NCBI GenBank assembly: GCA_040756135.1
Contig: JBFLZS010000008.1
Location: 5,021 to 69,020 of the forward strand
Direction: 5' to 3'
Source of the DNA: Nitrospirota bacterium
GTDB lineage: Bacteria > Nitrospirota > Thermodesulfovibrionia > Thermodesulfovibrionales > SM23-35
DNA length: 64,000 nt
Each line of letters opens with the position of its first letter. Position 1 is the stretch's first letter. This document shows, one piece after another, positions 1-9,809 of this stretch. The notes under the pieces are model-generated. The model saw nothing but the letters and a program-made list of their open reading frames with translations, made no database searches and was not told the DNA's origin. A program made the translations under genes and the position numbers.

Positions 1-422
1 ACAACCACCTCCTTGTCCTCATAAATAGCACCGGCATCCTTCATTTCCTGAGCCACAGATTTATAACAGGTTGCATGCCTTCCCTTCAGCAAACCTGCTG
101 ATATCAATGACTGAGGGCCATGACATATTGCTGAAACAGGTTTATTCTTCTGAAAGAAATCTCTGGCTATCTCAAGGACATTTTTATCTTTCCTGATAGT
201 CTCAGGTGCCTTTCCACCGGGAAGGATAAGAATGTCGTAATCATCAGGATTAATTTCCTTCAGGGTCTTATCTACTTCTACTTCATAGCCATGTTTTCCT
301 TTTATCTTCCCCTTCTTTAAGGAAGCAATATCTACTTGAATTCCCTCCTCTTTTAATCTGTAATAAGGAAAAAGAAGTTCGGAATCCTCAAAATTATCCG
401 CACTAATGATTAAGGCCCTCAT
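1..422 (-). CDS. DJ-1/PfpI family protein (N-terminal part; the C-terminus lies outside the window)
   Basis: Own translation from the ATG at 420-422 on the minus strand: MRALIISADNFEDSELLFPYYRLKEEG...ILILPGGKAPE...PVSAICHGPQSLISAGLL. It has the nucleophile-elbow AICHG motif. It is absent from the ORF track because it is cut by the window edge. Confidence 0.8.
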   Translation of the reverse strand, partial: MRALIISADNFEDSELLFPYYRLKEEGIQVDIASLKKGKIKGKHGYEVEVDKTLKEINPDDYDILILPGGKAPETIRKDKNVLEIARDFFQKNKPVSAICHGPQSLISAGLLKGRHATCYKSVAQEMKDAGAIYEDKEVV

Positions 423-498
423 ATTCCCTCCTCTTTAGTTTTATTTCAATTTGTAAAAAATTGGTTCATTCGTAAAAAGTTGAAAGTAATAAGTGACT

Positions 499-636
499 GG
501 ATTCCCGCCTGCGCGGGAATGACAAAACTGCTTATAAAAAGTGTCATTCCCCGACCCTCTTGTCATTCCCCGACTTGATCGGGGAATCCAGAGGGCAGGC
601 TTGATCCCCCGATCAAGTCGGAGGACGGAATCCAGA
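499..636. repeat. Family-C nested-hairpin (REP-like) cluster
   Basis: Hairpin units ggattcccgcctgcgcgggaatgac, gtcattccccgacttgatcggggaatcc and gatcccccgatcaagtcggaggacggaatcc. The same units recur at 7283, 9668, 25946, 41339, 47109, 48287 and 61234. Confidence 0.85.
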
Positions 637-1039
637 AGCCTTTTCAACTAAAATACGAAAGACACAAAAAATTTGAATTTCTTTCAATTAATATAGTAAA
701 GATATGAACACAAAAAAATAGGCATGTTTCCTATTTTTTTGTAGGCACTTTCAGACATTTATTGTAGGTTCTTTTCGTACATCCCTTTTTTCCCCCTCTC
801 GTAGAGTTACTCTTTCTATTGTACTAACTATTCCGACAGAAAAAAACGACTATTTCCTACAGGAAAAATAGGAACTCTGCGGATAGCTTCTTTTGGTAAT
901 TTGAGATAAAAATAGACAATGAACCAAAGAAGGATCTTCATGAAATGCCATCCGGACAATTATGAGGGAGGGAAATATTTCAAACTCGCCTTTGAGAAAA
1001 TATCTGTTTTTATAATAAAATTAGAAGAGGGAGGTTTCT

Positions 1040-1273
1040 ATGCACTGGGATTATGGATGGGGAATAGGATTTGGATTAGGGTGGATTCTTATGATTCTCT
1101 TCTGGATACTTGTTATCATGGGAATCATTTATCTCATTAAGTTGATTGCTGGAAGTTCAAAAAAGTTAGAGAAAGAAGAGACTGCCCTTGATATTCTGAA
1201 GAAGAGATATGCAAAGGGAGAGATAAGTAAGGAAGAGTTTGAGAAGATAAAGGATGACCTCATGAAAATGTGA
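1040..1273 (+). CDS. SHOCT-domain small membrane protein
   Basis: An N-terminal hydrophobic helix ([20 protein letters not shown]) followed by [26 protein letters not shown], a SHOCT-type C-terminus. A GGAGG lies upstream of the ATG. Confidence 0.7.
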   Translation: MHWDYGWGIGFGLGWILMILFWILVIMGIIYLIKLIAGSSKKLEKEETALDILKKRYAKGEISKEEFEKIKDDLMKM

Positions 1274-1332
1274 GGAATAAATAATAGGGTTAACTGCTGG
1301 AAAAACCTAAATAGCAAAAGGAGGTGATTACT

Positions 1333-1488
1333 TTGGCAAAAGATCCTGTATGCAACATGAATGTAGACGAGAAAAAGGCAGCAGCCACAAGTGTGTACAA
1401 AGGTATGACTTATTATTTCTGTGCAAAGGGCTGTAAAGAAAAGTTTGACAAAGACCCTGAGAAGTTTGTAATAAAAGAAAAGAAATAA
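1333..1488 (+). CDS. YHS/TRASH-domain metal-binding protein (51 aa, TTG start)
   Basis: Own translation: LAKDPVCNMNVDEKKAAATSVYKGMTYYFCAKGCKEKFDKDPEKF. It has the DPVC...YYFC...C pattern and an AGGAGG 6-7 nt upstream of the TTG. It is not in the ORF track. Confidence 0.7.
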   Translation: MAKDPVCNMNVDEKKAAATSVYKGMTYYFCAKGCKEKFDKDPEKFVIKEKK

Positions 1489-1510
1489 GAGATAAAATGG
1501 GGAGAAGATT

Positions 1511-3799
1511 GTGCAAGTCATAGATCCTGTCTGCAAGATGACTATAGAAGATAAGGAGGCGGTAGCCACGTCCACATATAAGGGAACTATCTATTATTTC
1601 TGTTCTCATCCCTGCAAAGAAGATTTTGATAAGAACCCTGAATCATTTATTAATCCCCCCATCCCCCCTTTAATAAAGGGGGGTGAGGGGGGATTAATGG
1701 GTGAGATGGCAAAGGACCCGATATGCGGCATGGTAATCCCTAAAGAGCGTTCCATAAAAAGGGTAGCGGGGGGAAGGGAATATTATTTCTGCAGCGAAAC
1801 CTGTGTAAAGACCTTCGAGGCGCCTGAAGCTGAATTGAAAGATATGAAGAGACGAGTGACTATAGCCCTTACTGGCGTTCTGGCATTAGCGGTTTTCCGT
1901 GCAGCGCTGTTTCTCGGACTTGCTGCAGGCGCAACAGTGCTCACATGGGTTCCTTTTTCGTTCCTCCCGTGGTTCAACGCTGGCGTCTGGCTTTTTATTA
2001 TCACGACACCGATTATGATTTTTGGTGGTAAAGGATTTTTTGTCGGTGCCTATCATGCGATCAGAAACCGCGTGGCCAATATGGATCTGCTAATCGCCAT
2101 GGGTACATCAACAGCCTATATCTATAGTGCCTTTGTTGTCTTTTTTCCAGGGGTATTACCGGTTGAGGAGAAGAATGTATATTTTGACGTATCAGCCATT
2201 ATCATTGCTTTTGTCCTCTTCGGTAAATATATGGAGGAAATAATCAAGAAACGGAGTTCAGCAGCAATTCGGAAACTCCTTGACCTGAAACCGCAGACTG
2301 CAAGGGTTATAAGAGACGGCGCAGAAGTCGAGATACCTGCCGAATCTGCCATGGTGGACGAAACAGTCATTGTGAGACCGGGAGAAAAAATACCGACCGA
2401 CGGGATCGTGCTTGAAGGCCATTCATCTGTGGACGAGAAGATGATCACGGGAGAGAGCGTCCCTGTCGAAAAAAAGCAGGGTGATGAGATAATCGGTGGA
2501 ACGATAAACAAGGTCGGTTCTTTCAAATTCAGGGCAACAAGGGTTGGCGCTGATACGACATTGAACCAGATAATAAAGATGGTGGAAGAAGCTCAGGCAT
2601 CGTCTTCAAATATCCAAAGGCTTGCTGATAAAGTGGCCTCTTATTTTGTACCTGCTGTTATCGGCGTAGCTTTTTTAGCAGTCATTGGGTGGATACTTAT
2701 CGGAAATCCTACGATGGCGCTTCTTTCTTTTGTTGCAGTGCTTATCATCGCCTGTCCGTGCGCCCTTGGTATTGCAACCCCTGCAGCTTTGATGGTCGGA
2801 GTAGGAAAAGGCGCTGAACTGGGGATTCTGATAAGGGGGGGAGAATATCTTGAAAAGGCAGAGAAACTTAAAGCGGTAGTATTTGATAAAACCGGTACCC
2901 TTACCAAAGGTGAACCCGAGGTTACTGAAGTAGTTAGTTTTGACGGAGGTGAAGATGATGTAGTTCTTTCTGCCTCTATAGCAGAAAAAGGTTCTGAACA
3001 TCCCCTTGCAGAAGCGATCATAAAAAGGGCGAATATGAAAGGACTCCCTGTGCCAGATGCTGATTCCTTCGAAGCCATACCGGGGCACGGAGTCAGGGTG
3101 AGTTTCAAAGGGAAGGAAATATTGATCGGCAACAGGAAATTGATGAGAGATAACGGCATACGAATAGAAGACAGAGAAAATATTGTTTCAGACATGGAGG
3201 GAAACGGGAACACAGTGATGATTGTTGCAGAAGATAACTCTCTCAAAGGGCTGATTGCCGTCGCTGATACACTGAAAGAGCATGCAGAGGATGTGGTAAA
3301 AGGGCTTAAGGCTGAGGGTGTTCAAGTTGTTATGCTCACGGGCGATAATGAGAGGACTGCTAAGGCAATAGGTGCAAAGGTAGGCATAGAAAGGATTATA
3401 GCCAATGTCCTTCCCGGTGATAAGGCAAAAGTGATAAAAGATCTTCAGGCAGAGGGTAAGGTTGTGGCAATGGTTGGAGACGGGATAAATGATTCCCCTG
3501 CGCTTGCCCAGTCTGATATCGGCATAGCTATCGGCAGCGGCTCTGATGTCGCAAAGGAGACAGGAGGAATTATTCTTGTCAAAGATGACCTGAGAGATGT
3601 GATAAAAAGCATAAGACTTTCAAGGGCAACAATGAAGAAGATAAAACAAAACCTCTTTTGGGCATTCTTTTATAATACCGCTGCAATTCCCATCGCTGCC
3701 TTTGGTTTTTTGAACCCTATTATTGCAGCAGCGGCAATGTCTATAAGCTCTTTGTCTGTTGTAACCAATTCGGCATTACTTAAAAAGGTAAAGATATAA
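1511..3799 (+). CDS. copA: Copper-translocating P1B-type ATPase with two N-terminal YHS/TRASH domains
   Basis: Motifs seen: CPC ([12 protein letters not shown]), [23 protein letters not shown] and TGES. There are two DPVCKM/DPICGM...YYFC modules in place of CxxC HMA domains. A family-A repeat is inserted between them. Confidence 0.93.
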   Translation: MQVIDPVCKMTIEDKEAVATSTYKGTIYYFCSHPCKEDFDKNPESFINPPIPPLIKGGEGGLMGEMAKDPICGMVIPKERSIKRVAGGREYYFCSETCVKTFEAPEAELKDMKRRVTIALTGVLALAVFRAALFLGLAAGATVLTWVPFSFLPWFNAGVWLFIITTPIMIFGGKGFFVGAYHAIRNRVANMDLLIAMGTSTAYIYSAFVVFFPGVLPVEEKNVYFDVSAIIIAFVLFGKYMEEIIKKRSSAAIRKLLDLKPQTARVIRDGAEVEIPAESAMVDETVIVRPGEKIPTDGIVLEGHSSVDEKMITGESVPVEKKQGDEIIGGTINKVGSFKFRATRVGADTTLNQIIKMVEEAQASSSNIQRLADKVASYFVPAVIGVAFLAVIGWILIGNPTMALLSFVAVLIIACPCALGIATPAALMVGVGKGAELGILIRGGEYLEKAEKLKAVVFDKTGTLTKGEPEVTEVVSFDGGEDDVVLSASIAEKGSEHPLAEAIIKRANMKGLPVPDADSFEAIPGHGVRVSFKGKEILIGNRKLMRDNGIRIEDRENIVSDMEGNGNTVMIVAEDNSLKGLIAVADTLKEHAEDVVKGLKAEGVQVVMLTGDNERTAKAIGAKVGIERIIANVLPGDKAKVIKDLQAEGKVVAMVGDGINDSPALAQSDIGIAIGSGSDVAKETGGIILVKDDLRDVIKSIRLSRATMKKIKQNLFWAFFYNTAAIPIAAFGFLNPIIAAAAMSISSLSVVTNSALLKKVKI
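1652..1695. repeat. Family-A G6/C6 palindromic element, in-frame inside copA ([15 protein letters not shown])
   Basis: Sequence aatccccccatcccccctttaataaaggggggtgaggggggatt. It lies between the two YHS domains. Confidence 0.9.
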
Positions 3800-3811
3800 A
3801 AAGGAGTTTAT

Positions 3812-4198
3812 ATGAGTTATTACTTTAGTAAAACTTTAAATATTTCATTTAACGAAGCGATTTCAAGGGTTACGGATGAACTCAAAAAAGAAGGTTTCGG
3901 CATTCTTACTGATATAGATGTTCAGGCAACCCTGAAAAAGAAATTGAATGTGGATTTCAGAAAATATCGCATTCTCGGTGCCTGTAACCCGCCCTTTGCA
4001 TATCAGGCATTGCAAGCGGAAGATAAGATCGGCACAATGCTACCATGTAATGTGATAGTTCAGGAAATGGCAGATGGCAAAGCCGAAGTCGCAGCCATAG
4101 ATCCTGTTGCATCTATGATGGCAATTGAAAATTTCAGATTAAAAGCTGTGGCTGAACAGGTTAAAGTGAAATTGAAAGGGGTGATAGATAATTTATAA
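3812..4198 (+). CDS. DUF302 domain protein
   Basis: Contains GFGILTDIDVQATLKKKLNVDFRKYRILGACNPPFAYQAL, the typical DUF302 core. It is translationally close to the copA stop. Confidence 0.8.
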   Translation: MSYYFSKTLNISFNEAISRVTDELKKEGFGILTDIDVQATLKKKLNVDFRKYRILGACNPPFAYQALQAEDKIGTMLPCNVIVQEMADGKAEVAAIDPVASMMAIENFRLKAVAEQVKVKLKGVIDNL

Positions 4199-4244
4199 AA
4201 ATATCTTTAATAATCAATATGTTATTTTTTATTGTAGATTATTA

Positions 4245-4273
4245 ATGACAAATTTAAATATATATGCTATAAT
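4245..4273 (+). promoter_or_regulatory. Candidate sigma70-type promoter (ATGACA, 17 nt, TATAAT)
   Basis: The -35-like atgaca is at 4245-4250 and a perfect tataat at 4268-4273, separated by a 17-nt AT-rich spacer. This is a sequence match only. Confidence 0.35.
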
Positions 4274-4480
4274 TTTTTTAAATGGAGGAAGAGATAGTAA
4301 AGAGGGATAAGAAGTTTGATGAGAAAGTTCATACATAAATGCAGTTTGAATGCACTCACCTTTTAGCAGTATTCCATAAAAAAACTTCGTAATACCTTCA
4401 TGGTTGTTGAAAACAATGTTCTACTTCCTTTTAAAAACTGATGCAAAAATGAGTGTTGGTATAAAGGATTTAAAGTTTAT

Positions 4481-4735
4481 ATGAAAGCATATCGCATAGG
4501 AAATTCAATAGTTCTGCCACATGTCCGTTTCATAAGTCACGGAAGCCGTAATGGACGTCGTATAATGATGATGTTTCATTCTGTAGTTGTAAAAACCAAT
4601 GGAAAACATAAGACATTGGGATGCGACAAAATGGATAGCTCCGGTTTTTGTTTAGGTCATGAAATAAGCGAAAAAGAGTTTTTAGAGAAATATTGTGACG
4701 TAGCAGAAACGGAAGCAAAGAGAGGCAAGAAATAA
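4481..4735 (+). CDS. Hypothetical protein (84 aa)
   Basis: An open frame only. There is no recognisable motif and the ribosome-binding site is weak. Confidence 0.3.
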   Translation: MKAYRIGNSIVLPHVRFISHGSRNGRRIMMMFHSVVVKTNGKHKTLGCDKMDSSGFCLGHEISEKEFLEKYCDVAETEAKRGKK

Positions 4736-4752
4736 AAAGGGATTAAGGAAGG

Positions 4753-5208
4753 CTATTTATGTTCAAAAAGGGTTTTCACCTCGTTCATGAGTTCATTTAT
4801 ATCTTTGAATTGTCTGTAGACAGAAGCAAACCTGACATATGCAACCTTATCGAGTTCTTTTAATGCACTCATTACCTCTTCACCAATCCACGTACTTGGA
4901 ATCTCCTTAACTCCAAGTCCTATAAGCTTTTTTTCTATAGAGTCCGTTATACCTTCAAGTGTCCCGATGCCTATTGGTCTTTTTTCACATGCCTTTTTCA
5001 ATCCTGTTGATATCTTTGATCGCTCGTAAGGCTCTCGCCTTCCATCTTTCTTAACTACCATGGGGATAATATCCTCCACACGTTCATAAGATGTAAAGCG
5101 TTTCGCACACCTGAGGCATTCACGTCTGCGGCGTATTGCGTTACCTTCTCTGTTTGTCCTCGAGTCAATAACCTTATCTTCTAAGTTTCCACAGAAAGGA
5201 CACTTCAC
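4753..5208 (-). CDS. nrdR: Transcriptional repressor NrdR
   Basis: VKCPFCGNLEDKVIDSR...RRRRECLRCAKRFTSYERVE gives a zinc ribbon, followed by an ATP-cone. The likely start is the GTG at 5208; the ORF-track extension to 5229 is probably spurious. Confidence 0.9.
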   Translation of the reverse strand: MKCPFCGNLEDKVIDSRTNREGNAIRRRRECLRCAKRFTSYERVEDIIPMVVKKDGRREPYERSKISTGLKKACEKRPIGIGTLEGITDSIEKKLIGLGVKEIPSTWIGEEVMSALKELDKVAYVRFASVYRQFKDINELMNEVKTLFEHK

Positions 5209-5223
5209 CGCATAAACTCCAAT

Positions 5224-5350
5224 TACCAATAACCAAACACCAAATAAGCTCCAATGCCTAAAGTAAGAAATTTTATGCTTGCCCCATGTTCGATTATTGG
5301 TGATTGAGTCATTGGTTATTATTTGATAATTGTAATTTGGTCATTGGGTA
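5224..5350. repeat. Tandem-heptamer block module (ccaataacc / ggttattgg type), nrdR-glyA intergenic
   Basis: The left block accaataaccaaacaccaaat and the right blocks ttattggtgattgagtcattggttatt...aatttggtcattgg are roughly inverted. The same unit type occurs at 49886-50005. Confidence 0.7.
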
Positions 5351-5359
5351 TTTTAGTCA

Positions 5360-6598
5360 TCAATATAGAGGAAAACTGTCGCAAAGGATTTTTACTCTTT
5401 TCGAGAGGGCGTCGATTGTTTCTGCGTCTTTCCTGTTTTGTATTACCGATGATATTATATCAGCTATCTCTACCATCTCTGCCTCGCCCATGCCCCTTGC
5501 CGTAACACAAGGCGTTCCAAGCCTTATGCCACTTGTTATTGCAGGTGGTCTTTCATCATAAGGTATTACATTCTTATTTACTGTTATGCCAACCATATCG
5601 AGTGCCTCTTCTGCATCTTTTCCCGTCACATCTTTATTGGTCAGGTCAACAAGCATCATGTGGTTATCGGTACCGCCTGAGATAATCTTGAAACCCCTAC
5701 TTATCAATACCTCTGCAAGTCTTTTTGCATTATTAATAACCTTACTCTGGTAGTCCTTGAATTCCTGGCTCAGTGCATCTTTCAGAGCAACTGCCTTTGC
5801 TGCTATGACATGAACGAGCGGACCACCCTGTATTCCAGGGAATATCATTTTATTCACTGCCCTTGCATATTCTGCCTTGCACATTACTATCCCGCCCCTT
5901 GGACCTCTGAGAGTTTTATGAGTCGTTGTTGTTACAAAATCTGCATGAGGCACAGGGGATGGGTGAAGACCTGCAGCAATAAGTCCTGCTATGTGAGCTA
6001 TATCTGCCATAAGATATGCACCAACTTCCTTTGCAATTTCAGAAAATATCTTGAAATCAATTATCCTCGAGTATGCGCTTGCACCTACAACTATCATCCT
6101 TGGCTTATTTTCTAAGGCAAGACGTCTTACCTCATTATAGTCAATACATCCTGTGTCTCTATTAACACCGTATGTCAAAATCTTATAAAAGATTCCCGAG
6201 AAGCTTATAGATGCGCCGTGTGAGAGATGCCCTCCATGACTTAAGCTCATACTCAGTATCGCATCGCCTGGCTTAAGCACGGAGAAATAGACTGCCATAT
6301 TAGCCTGGGTGCCTGAATGGGGCTGAACATTCACATGCTCTGCACCGAATAGTTTTTTTGCCCTTTCTATTGCCAGATTTTCTACAATGTCAGCATATTC
6401 GCAACCACCGTAATATCTTTTACCAGGATATCCTTCTGCATATTTGTTTGTAAAGACAGAACCCTGTACCTCGAGTACAGATGGGCTTGCATAGTTCTCA
6501 GATGCAATGAGTACTATATTTTTTCTTTCCCTCTCTATCTCTTTCTGTATTGCTTCGAAGACCTCTGGATCGGAGAGCTTAAGATTTTCAAAAACCAT
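5360..6598 (-). CDS. glyA: Serine hydroxymethyltransferase
   Basis: A full-length match in character: [30 protein letters not shown] and [14 protein letters not shown] (the PLP lysine motif). Confidence 0.95.
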   Translation of the reverse strand: MVFENLKLSDPEVFEAIQKEIERERKNIVLIASENYASPSVLEVQGSVFTNKYAEGYPGKRYYGGCEYADIVENLAIERAKKLFGAEHVNVQPHSGTQANMAVYFSVLKPGDAILSMSLSHGGHLSHGASISFSGIFYKILTYGVNRDTGCIDYNEVRRLALENKPRMIVVGASAYSRIIDFKIFSEIAKEVGAYLMADIAHIAGLIAAGLHPSPVPHADFVTTTTHKTLRGPRGGIVMCKAEYARAVNKMIFPGIQGGPLVHVIAAKAVALKDALSQEFKDYQSKVINNAKRLAEVLISRGFKIISGGTDNHMMLVDLTNKDVTGKDAEEALDMVGITVNKNVIPYDERPPAITSGIRLGTPCVTARGMGEAEMVEIADIISSVIQNRKDAETIDALSKRVKILCDSFPLY

Positions 6599-7046
6599 GT
6601 TTTAATAAACGGTCCTCTATCTCTGTTATTTTTTTAAGTCTTATGCAGTGTCTTTCTCTCTCAAAAAGTGTGCTAACCCATGTCTTTACGATCTCTTTTG
6701 CCAGGTCTTTACCCACTATTCTTCCACCGAAAACAAGGATATTAGCGTCGTTATGCAGTCTGCTCATCTTTGCGGTGAAAAGTTCATTGCATAAGGATGC
6801 CCTTACGTTAGGGAATTTATTGGCTACTATGGACATGCCTATCCCTGTACCGCAAATAAGTATTCCTCTATCTATCTTCCCTGAAGAGACTGCCTCAGAG
6901 ACCTTTTCACCAATATCAGGATAATCTACTGATTCAAGGCTGTCTGTACCATAGTCAATGCACTCAATGCCGAGAGCATTTAACAGTGTGATAATCTCTT
7001 TTTTTAGTTCATATCCTGCATGGTCACAGCCAATCGCAATTGTCAT
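6588..7046 (-). CDS. rpiB: Ribose-5-phosphate isomerase B
   Basis: [18 protein letters not shown]...[17 protein letters not shown]...[11 protein letters not shown]. This is the RpiB/LacAB family. Confidence 0.9.
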   Translation of the reverse strand: MTIAIGCDHAGYELKKEIITLLNALGIECIDYGTDSLESVDYPDIGEKVSEAVSSGKIDRGILICGTGIGMSIVANKFPNVRASLCNELFTAKMSRLHNDANILVFGGRIVGKDLAKEIVKTWVSTLFERERHCIRLKKITEIEDRLLKHGF

Positions 7047-7282
7047 TTTAAAATTAAATTTAAATAATTAAATATCTTAATCTTATCCGAGAAATTATTT
7101 GGAAGTCAAGAATGGTTTTTCTTATGTGTACCATAAATGTTTTTTACATATCAAATGGTTGTTTTGGACGAATAAAGTCGTACACTAAAAAGCCCTTTTC
7201 AGGAAATTCCTCATCACCTTAATAGAGCATTTGAGACCAATTATGATTGTGCAGCCAAAGTTCACCAAAAGTTAACTCCTTC

Positions 7283-7475
7283 CGTAATTCTCAGGCTTGA
7301 CCGGAGAATCCATGGTTCGACATCCTTCGACAAGCTCAGGATGACATTGTCACTCTGAGCCTGTCGAAGAGTCACCATGACAATTGTCACCCTGAGCCTG
7401 CCGAAGGGTCACCATGACAATTGTCACCCTGAGCCTGCCGAAGGGTGGATTGCCCGATCAAGTCGGGCAATGACG
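7283..7475. repeat. Family-C hairpin cluster with a 37-nt unit in tandem
   Basis: The unit tcaccatgacaattgtcaccctgagcctgccgaaggg is repeated back to back, flanked by ggcttgaccggagaatcc and ggattgcccgatcaagtcgggcaatgac hairpins. A near-identical block lies at 47190-47335. Confidence 0.85.
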
Positions 7476-7590
7476 ATTGGATAACATTTTTATGCAACAT
7501 TTAGGTTTACTTTCGCGCTTTTGCGAATTTGTGTTAATGATGATAAAATTATTACTTTAAATGAGATAAGAAACAAAAAGGAGGTTTAAA

Positions 7591-8886
7591 ATGAACCGTT
7601 TTGTCAAATTATTACGGTTAAATGATCTAATTTTCTTTATAATCATATCATTCCTGCTCATCTGGATAATTTCGATTCCCTCAATTGCCGGAAGCGCTGT
7701 AGACCCTAATAAAATGATCGAACTTATCCTTGATGCTTCCGGAAGTATGAACGGGAAGCTGAAAAGCGGTGACACAAAGATTGAAGCTGCAAAAAAAGCG
7801 GTATCAGATCTAATGAAGAATTTACAAAATGACTTGATAGTTGCATTTAGAGCCTACGGACACCAATCTCCGAGAGAAAAGCACGATTGCCAGGACACTG
7901 AACTGCTTGCACAATTTGGGAAGGTCAGGGGAAATCGCGAGAAAATTTTATCCGGCACAAAAAATATCACTGCGCAGGGTTATACGCCGATTACTTATGT
8001 CCTGCAAAAGGCTGCAGGGGATTTCTCAGCATCGTTTCAAGGAGAGAAGATTATCATTCTTGTGAGTGATGGAAAGGAGACATGTAAGGGCGATCCATGT
8101 GCTACTGCTAAAAGCTTTGCAGAACGAAATGTAAAGCTGGTAATCCATACCATCGGGTTTGGAGTTGATGAAGCAACAAAGCTTCAACTGGAATGTATAG
8201 CACGTGTAACGGGCGGAAAATATTTTGCAGCAGAGAATGCATTGCAGCTTGCACAAGTTCTCAATAGGGCCGTAGATACTTCAAGGACAATTGTTACCGA
8301 AAAAAAAGGAGATGGATGGCTTGAAGTTAAGGGTGCAGATTTATCAGGACATACTGTTACAAAGGCTGAGTCAGGAGAAGAGGTTGGAAATCTGGGTCAT
8401 ACTAAGTCATCTATGAAATTACCTGCGGGCATTTATAATGTAACAATCGGGAAAGCTGTCTGGAAAAGTGTAGAGGTGAAGGCAGGAGAGAAAACCATTC
8501 TTACACCGGGGATACTACATGTTGAGAATGCCTCTCTTTCAGGGCATAATGTTATCGAGCGAGAAACCGGAATTGAACATGGTTCGGTCAGTAGATTAAA
8601 AGAGTCCGTAGCACTTATGCCCGGAGAATATGATGTAATGTTTGGCAGAATCCCATGGCCGGTTATTATATCTCCGGGATCAACGACAGTCTTAAAACCC
8701 GGGACTGTCCAGGTTAAGCATGCAAGTTACAAAGGGCATAAGATTTACAGCAGCAAAGGAGATGTCGTAGCAGAAGTCAGCAATATAATGGACTGGACAC
8801 CCCTTCCACCCGGTAACTATTCAATTGATTTAAACGGAAAGAGAATCTCATTTTCTTTAAAAGAAGGAGAAGATTTAAAATTTTAG
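7591..8886 (+). CDS. von Willebrand factor A domain protein with N-terminal membrane anchor or signal
   Basis: MIDAS motif LILDASGSMNG, then TPITYVL and ILVSDGKETC. The C-terminal half is beta-rich and repetitive (GHxV...). Confidence 0.8.
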   Translation: MNRFVKLLRLNDLIFFIIISFLLIWIISIPSIAGSAVDPNKMIELILDASGSMNGKLKSGDTKIEAAKKAVSDLMKNLQNDLIVAFRAYGHQSPREKHDCQDTELLAQFGKVRGNREKILSGTKNITAQGYTPITYVLQKAAGDFSASFQGEKIIILVSDGKETCKGDPCATAKSFAERNVKLVIHTIGFGVDEATKLQLECIARVTGGKYFAAENALQLAQVLNRAVDTSRTIVTEKKGDGWLEVKGADLSGHTVTKAESGEEVGNLGHTKSSMKLPAGIYNVTIGKAVWKSVEVKAGEKTILTPGILHVENASLSGHNVIERETGIEHGSVSRLKESVALMPGEYDVMFGRIPWPVIISPGSTTVLKPGTVQVKHASYKGHKIYSSKGDVVAEVSNIMDWTPLPPGNYSIDLNGKRISFSLKEGEDLKF

Positions 8887-8902
8887 AGTAAGAAATAAAA
8901 CC

Positions 8903-9631
8903 TTGGAAAAAAGACTTCAGAAGATTCTTTCCGAGATAGGTATCACCTCGAGGAGAAAGGCCGAAGAACTGATACTTGAAGGCAGGGTAACTGTAAACGG
9001 CCGGATTGCGACCCTCGGCATGAAGGCAGATCCAGATAGAGACCACATAAAGGTTGACGGAAAACTACTCATGAGACACGTACCAAAGGTTTACATCATG
9101 TTTAACAAACCCAGGGGTATTGTGACATCCCTTTATGATCCTGAAGGAAGGCCAACTGTTAAAGATTTCCTGAAGGGTGTAAAATACAGGGTCTTCCCTG
9201 TGGGAAGACTTGATTATGACTCTGAAGGTCTGATTTTGTTAACGAATGATGGTGAATTTGCACACGCAGTGCTTCATCCATCAAAAAAAATTTCAAAGAC
9301 ATACCTTGTCAAAGTAAAGGGATATATCGAGGAAGAAGATATTGAGAAACTGGAGAAAGGGATAAAACTCGGAGATGGTATAACATCACCCGCAAAGGTG
9401 AGAAGGATTAGAAAGACAGAAAGCAACTTATGGCTTGAGATGATAATATATGAAGGAAAAAAAAGACAGATTAGAAGGATGCTCGAAAAAATAGGGCATT
9501 CTGTGCTCAAACTCAAGAGGATAAGGATAAACGGCCTTGAATTGGGTAAACTTGAACCAGGGAGATACAGATATTTAACACCCGAGGAAATAAATAAGAT
9601 AAAGAAGGAAATTTTTCAGTTGCAAGTTTAA
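8903..9631 (+). CDS. Pseudouridine synthase, RsuA/RluB family (TTG start)
   Basis: An S4 domain (GITSRRKAEELILEGRVTVNG) followed by VGRLDYDSEGLILLTNDGEFAH and GKKRQIRRM. Confidence 0.88.
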   Translation: MEKRLQKILSEIGITSRRKAEELILEGRVTVNGRIATLGMKADPDRDHIKVDGKLLMRHVPKVYIMFNKPRGIVTSLYDPEGRPTVKDFLKGVKYRVFPVGRLDYDSEGLILLTNDGEFAHAVLHPSKKISKTYLVKVKGYIEEEDIEKLEKGIKLGDGITSPAKVRRIRKTESNLWLEMIIYEGKKRQIRRMLEKIGHSVLKLKRIRINGLELGKLEPGRYRYLTPEEINKIKKEIFQLQV

Positions 9632-9667
9632 TCTAATGTGCTGTCCCATAAATAGCTTTGCAGAGTT

Positions 9668-9761
9668 GTCATTCCTGCGAAGCTTGTCCCCGCAGGTCTT
9701 AAGCGGGGAGCAGGAATCCAGAACCAACGCCACTGGATTCCGTGTCAAGCACGGAATGACG
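9668..9761. repeat. Family-C hairpin pair upstream of aspS
   Basis: Two hairpins: gtcattcctgcgaagcttgtccccgcaggtcttaagcggggagcaggaatcc and ggattccgtgtcaagcacggaatgac. Confidence 0.8.
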
Positions 9762-9809
9762 ACTAAGTGACATCTACGAAAGTTGTATTACCAACTGATT
9801 GGAGGTTAA

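Noticed and set aside
441-647. A 68-aa ORF (MKRLLDSVLRLDRGIKPALWIPRSSRGMTRGSGNDTF..)
   Set aside because: It lies entirely within the family-C hairpin cluster. The peptide is a translation of repeat units that recur in non-coding contexts elsewhere.
712-745. aaaaaataggcatgtttcctattttttt, considered as a rho-independent terminator
   Set aside because: The stem is almost pure A/T and no gene ends nearby on either strand. It may be regulatory, but I cannot support a call.
919-1140. A 73-aa ORF overlapping the SHOCT gene start
   Set aside because: It has no motif and overlaps the better-supported SHOCT ORF, which has an RBS and a recognisable domain.
1129-1609. Two minus-strand ORFs (148 and 93 aa) over the YHS gene and the copA 5' end
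   Set aside because: They are antisense to two recognisable YHS-domain coding regions, with hydrophobic low-complexity translations.
7340-7445. Tandem 37-nt repeats, considered as a possible CRISPR array (also at 47220-47330)
   Set aside because: The units abut directly with no unique spacers. They are part of the family-C hairpin clusters, and no cas genes are present.
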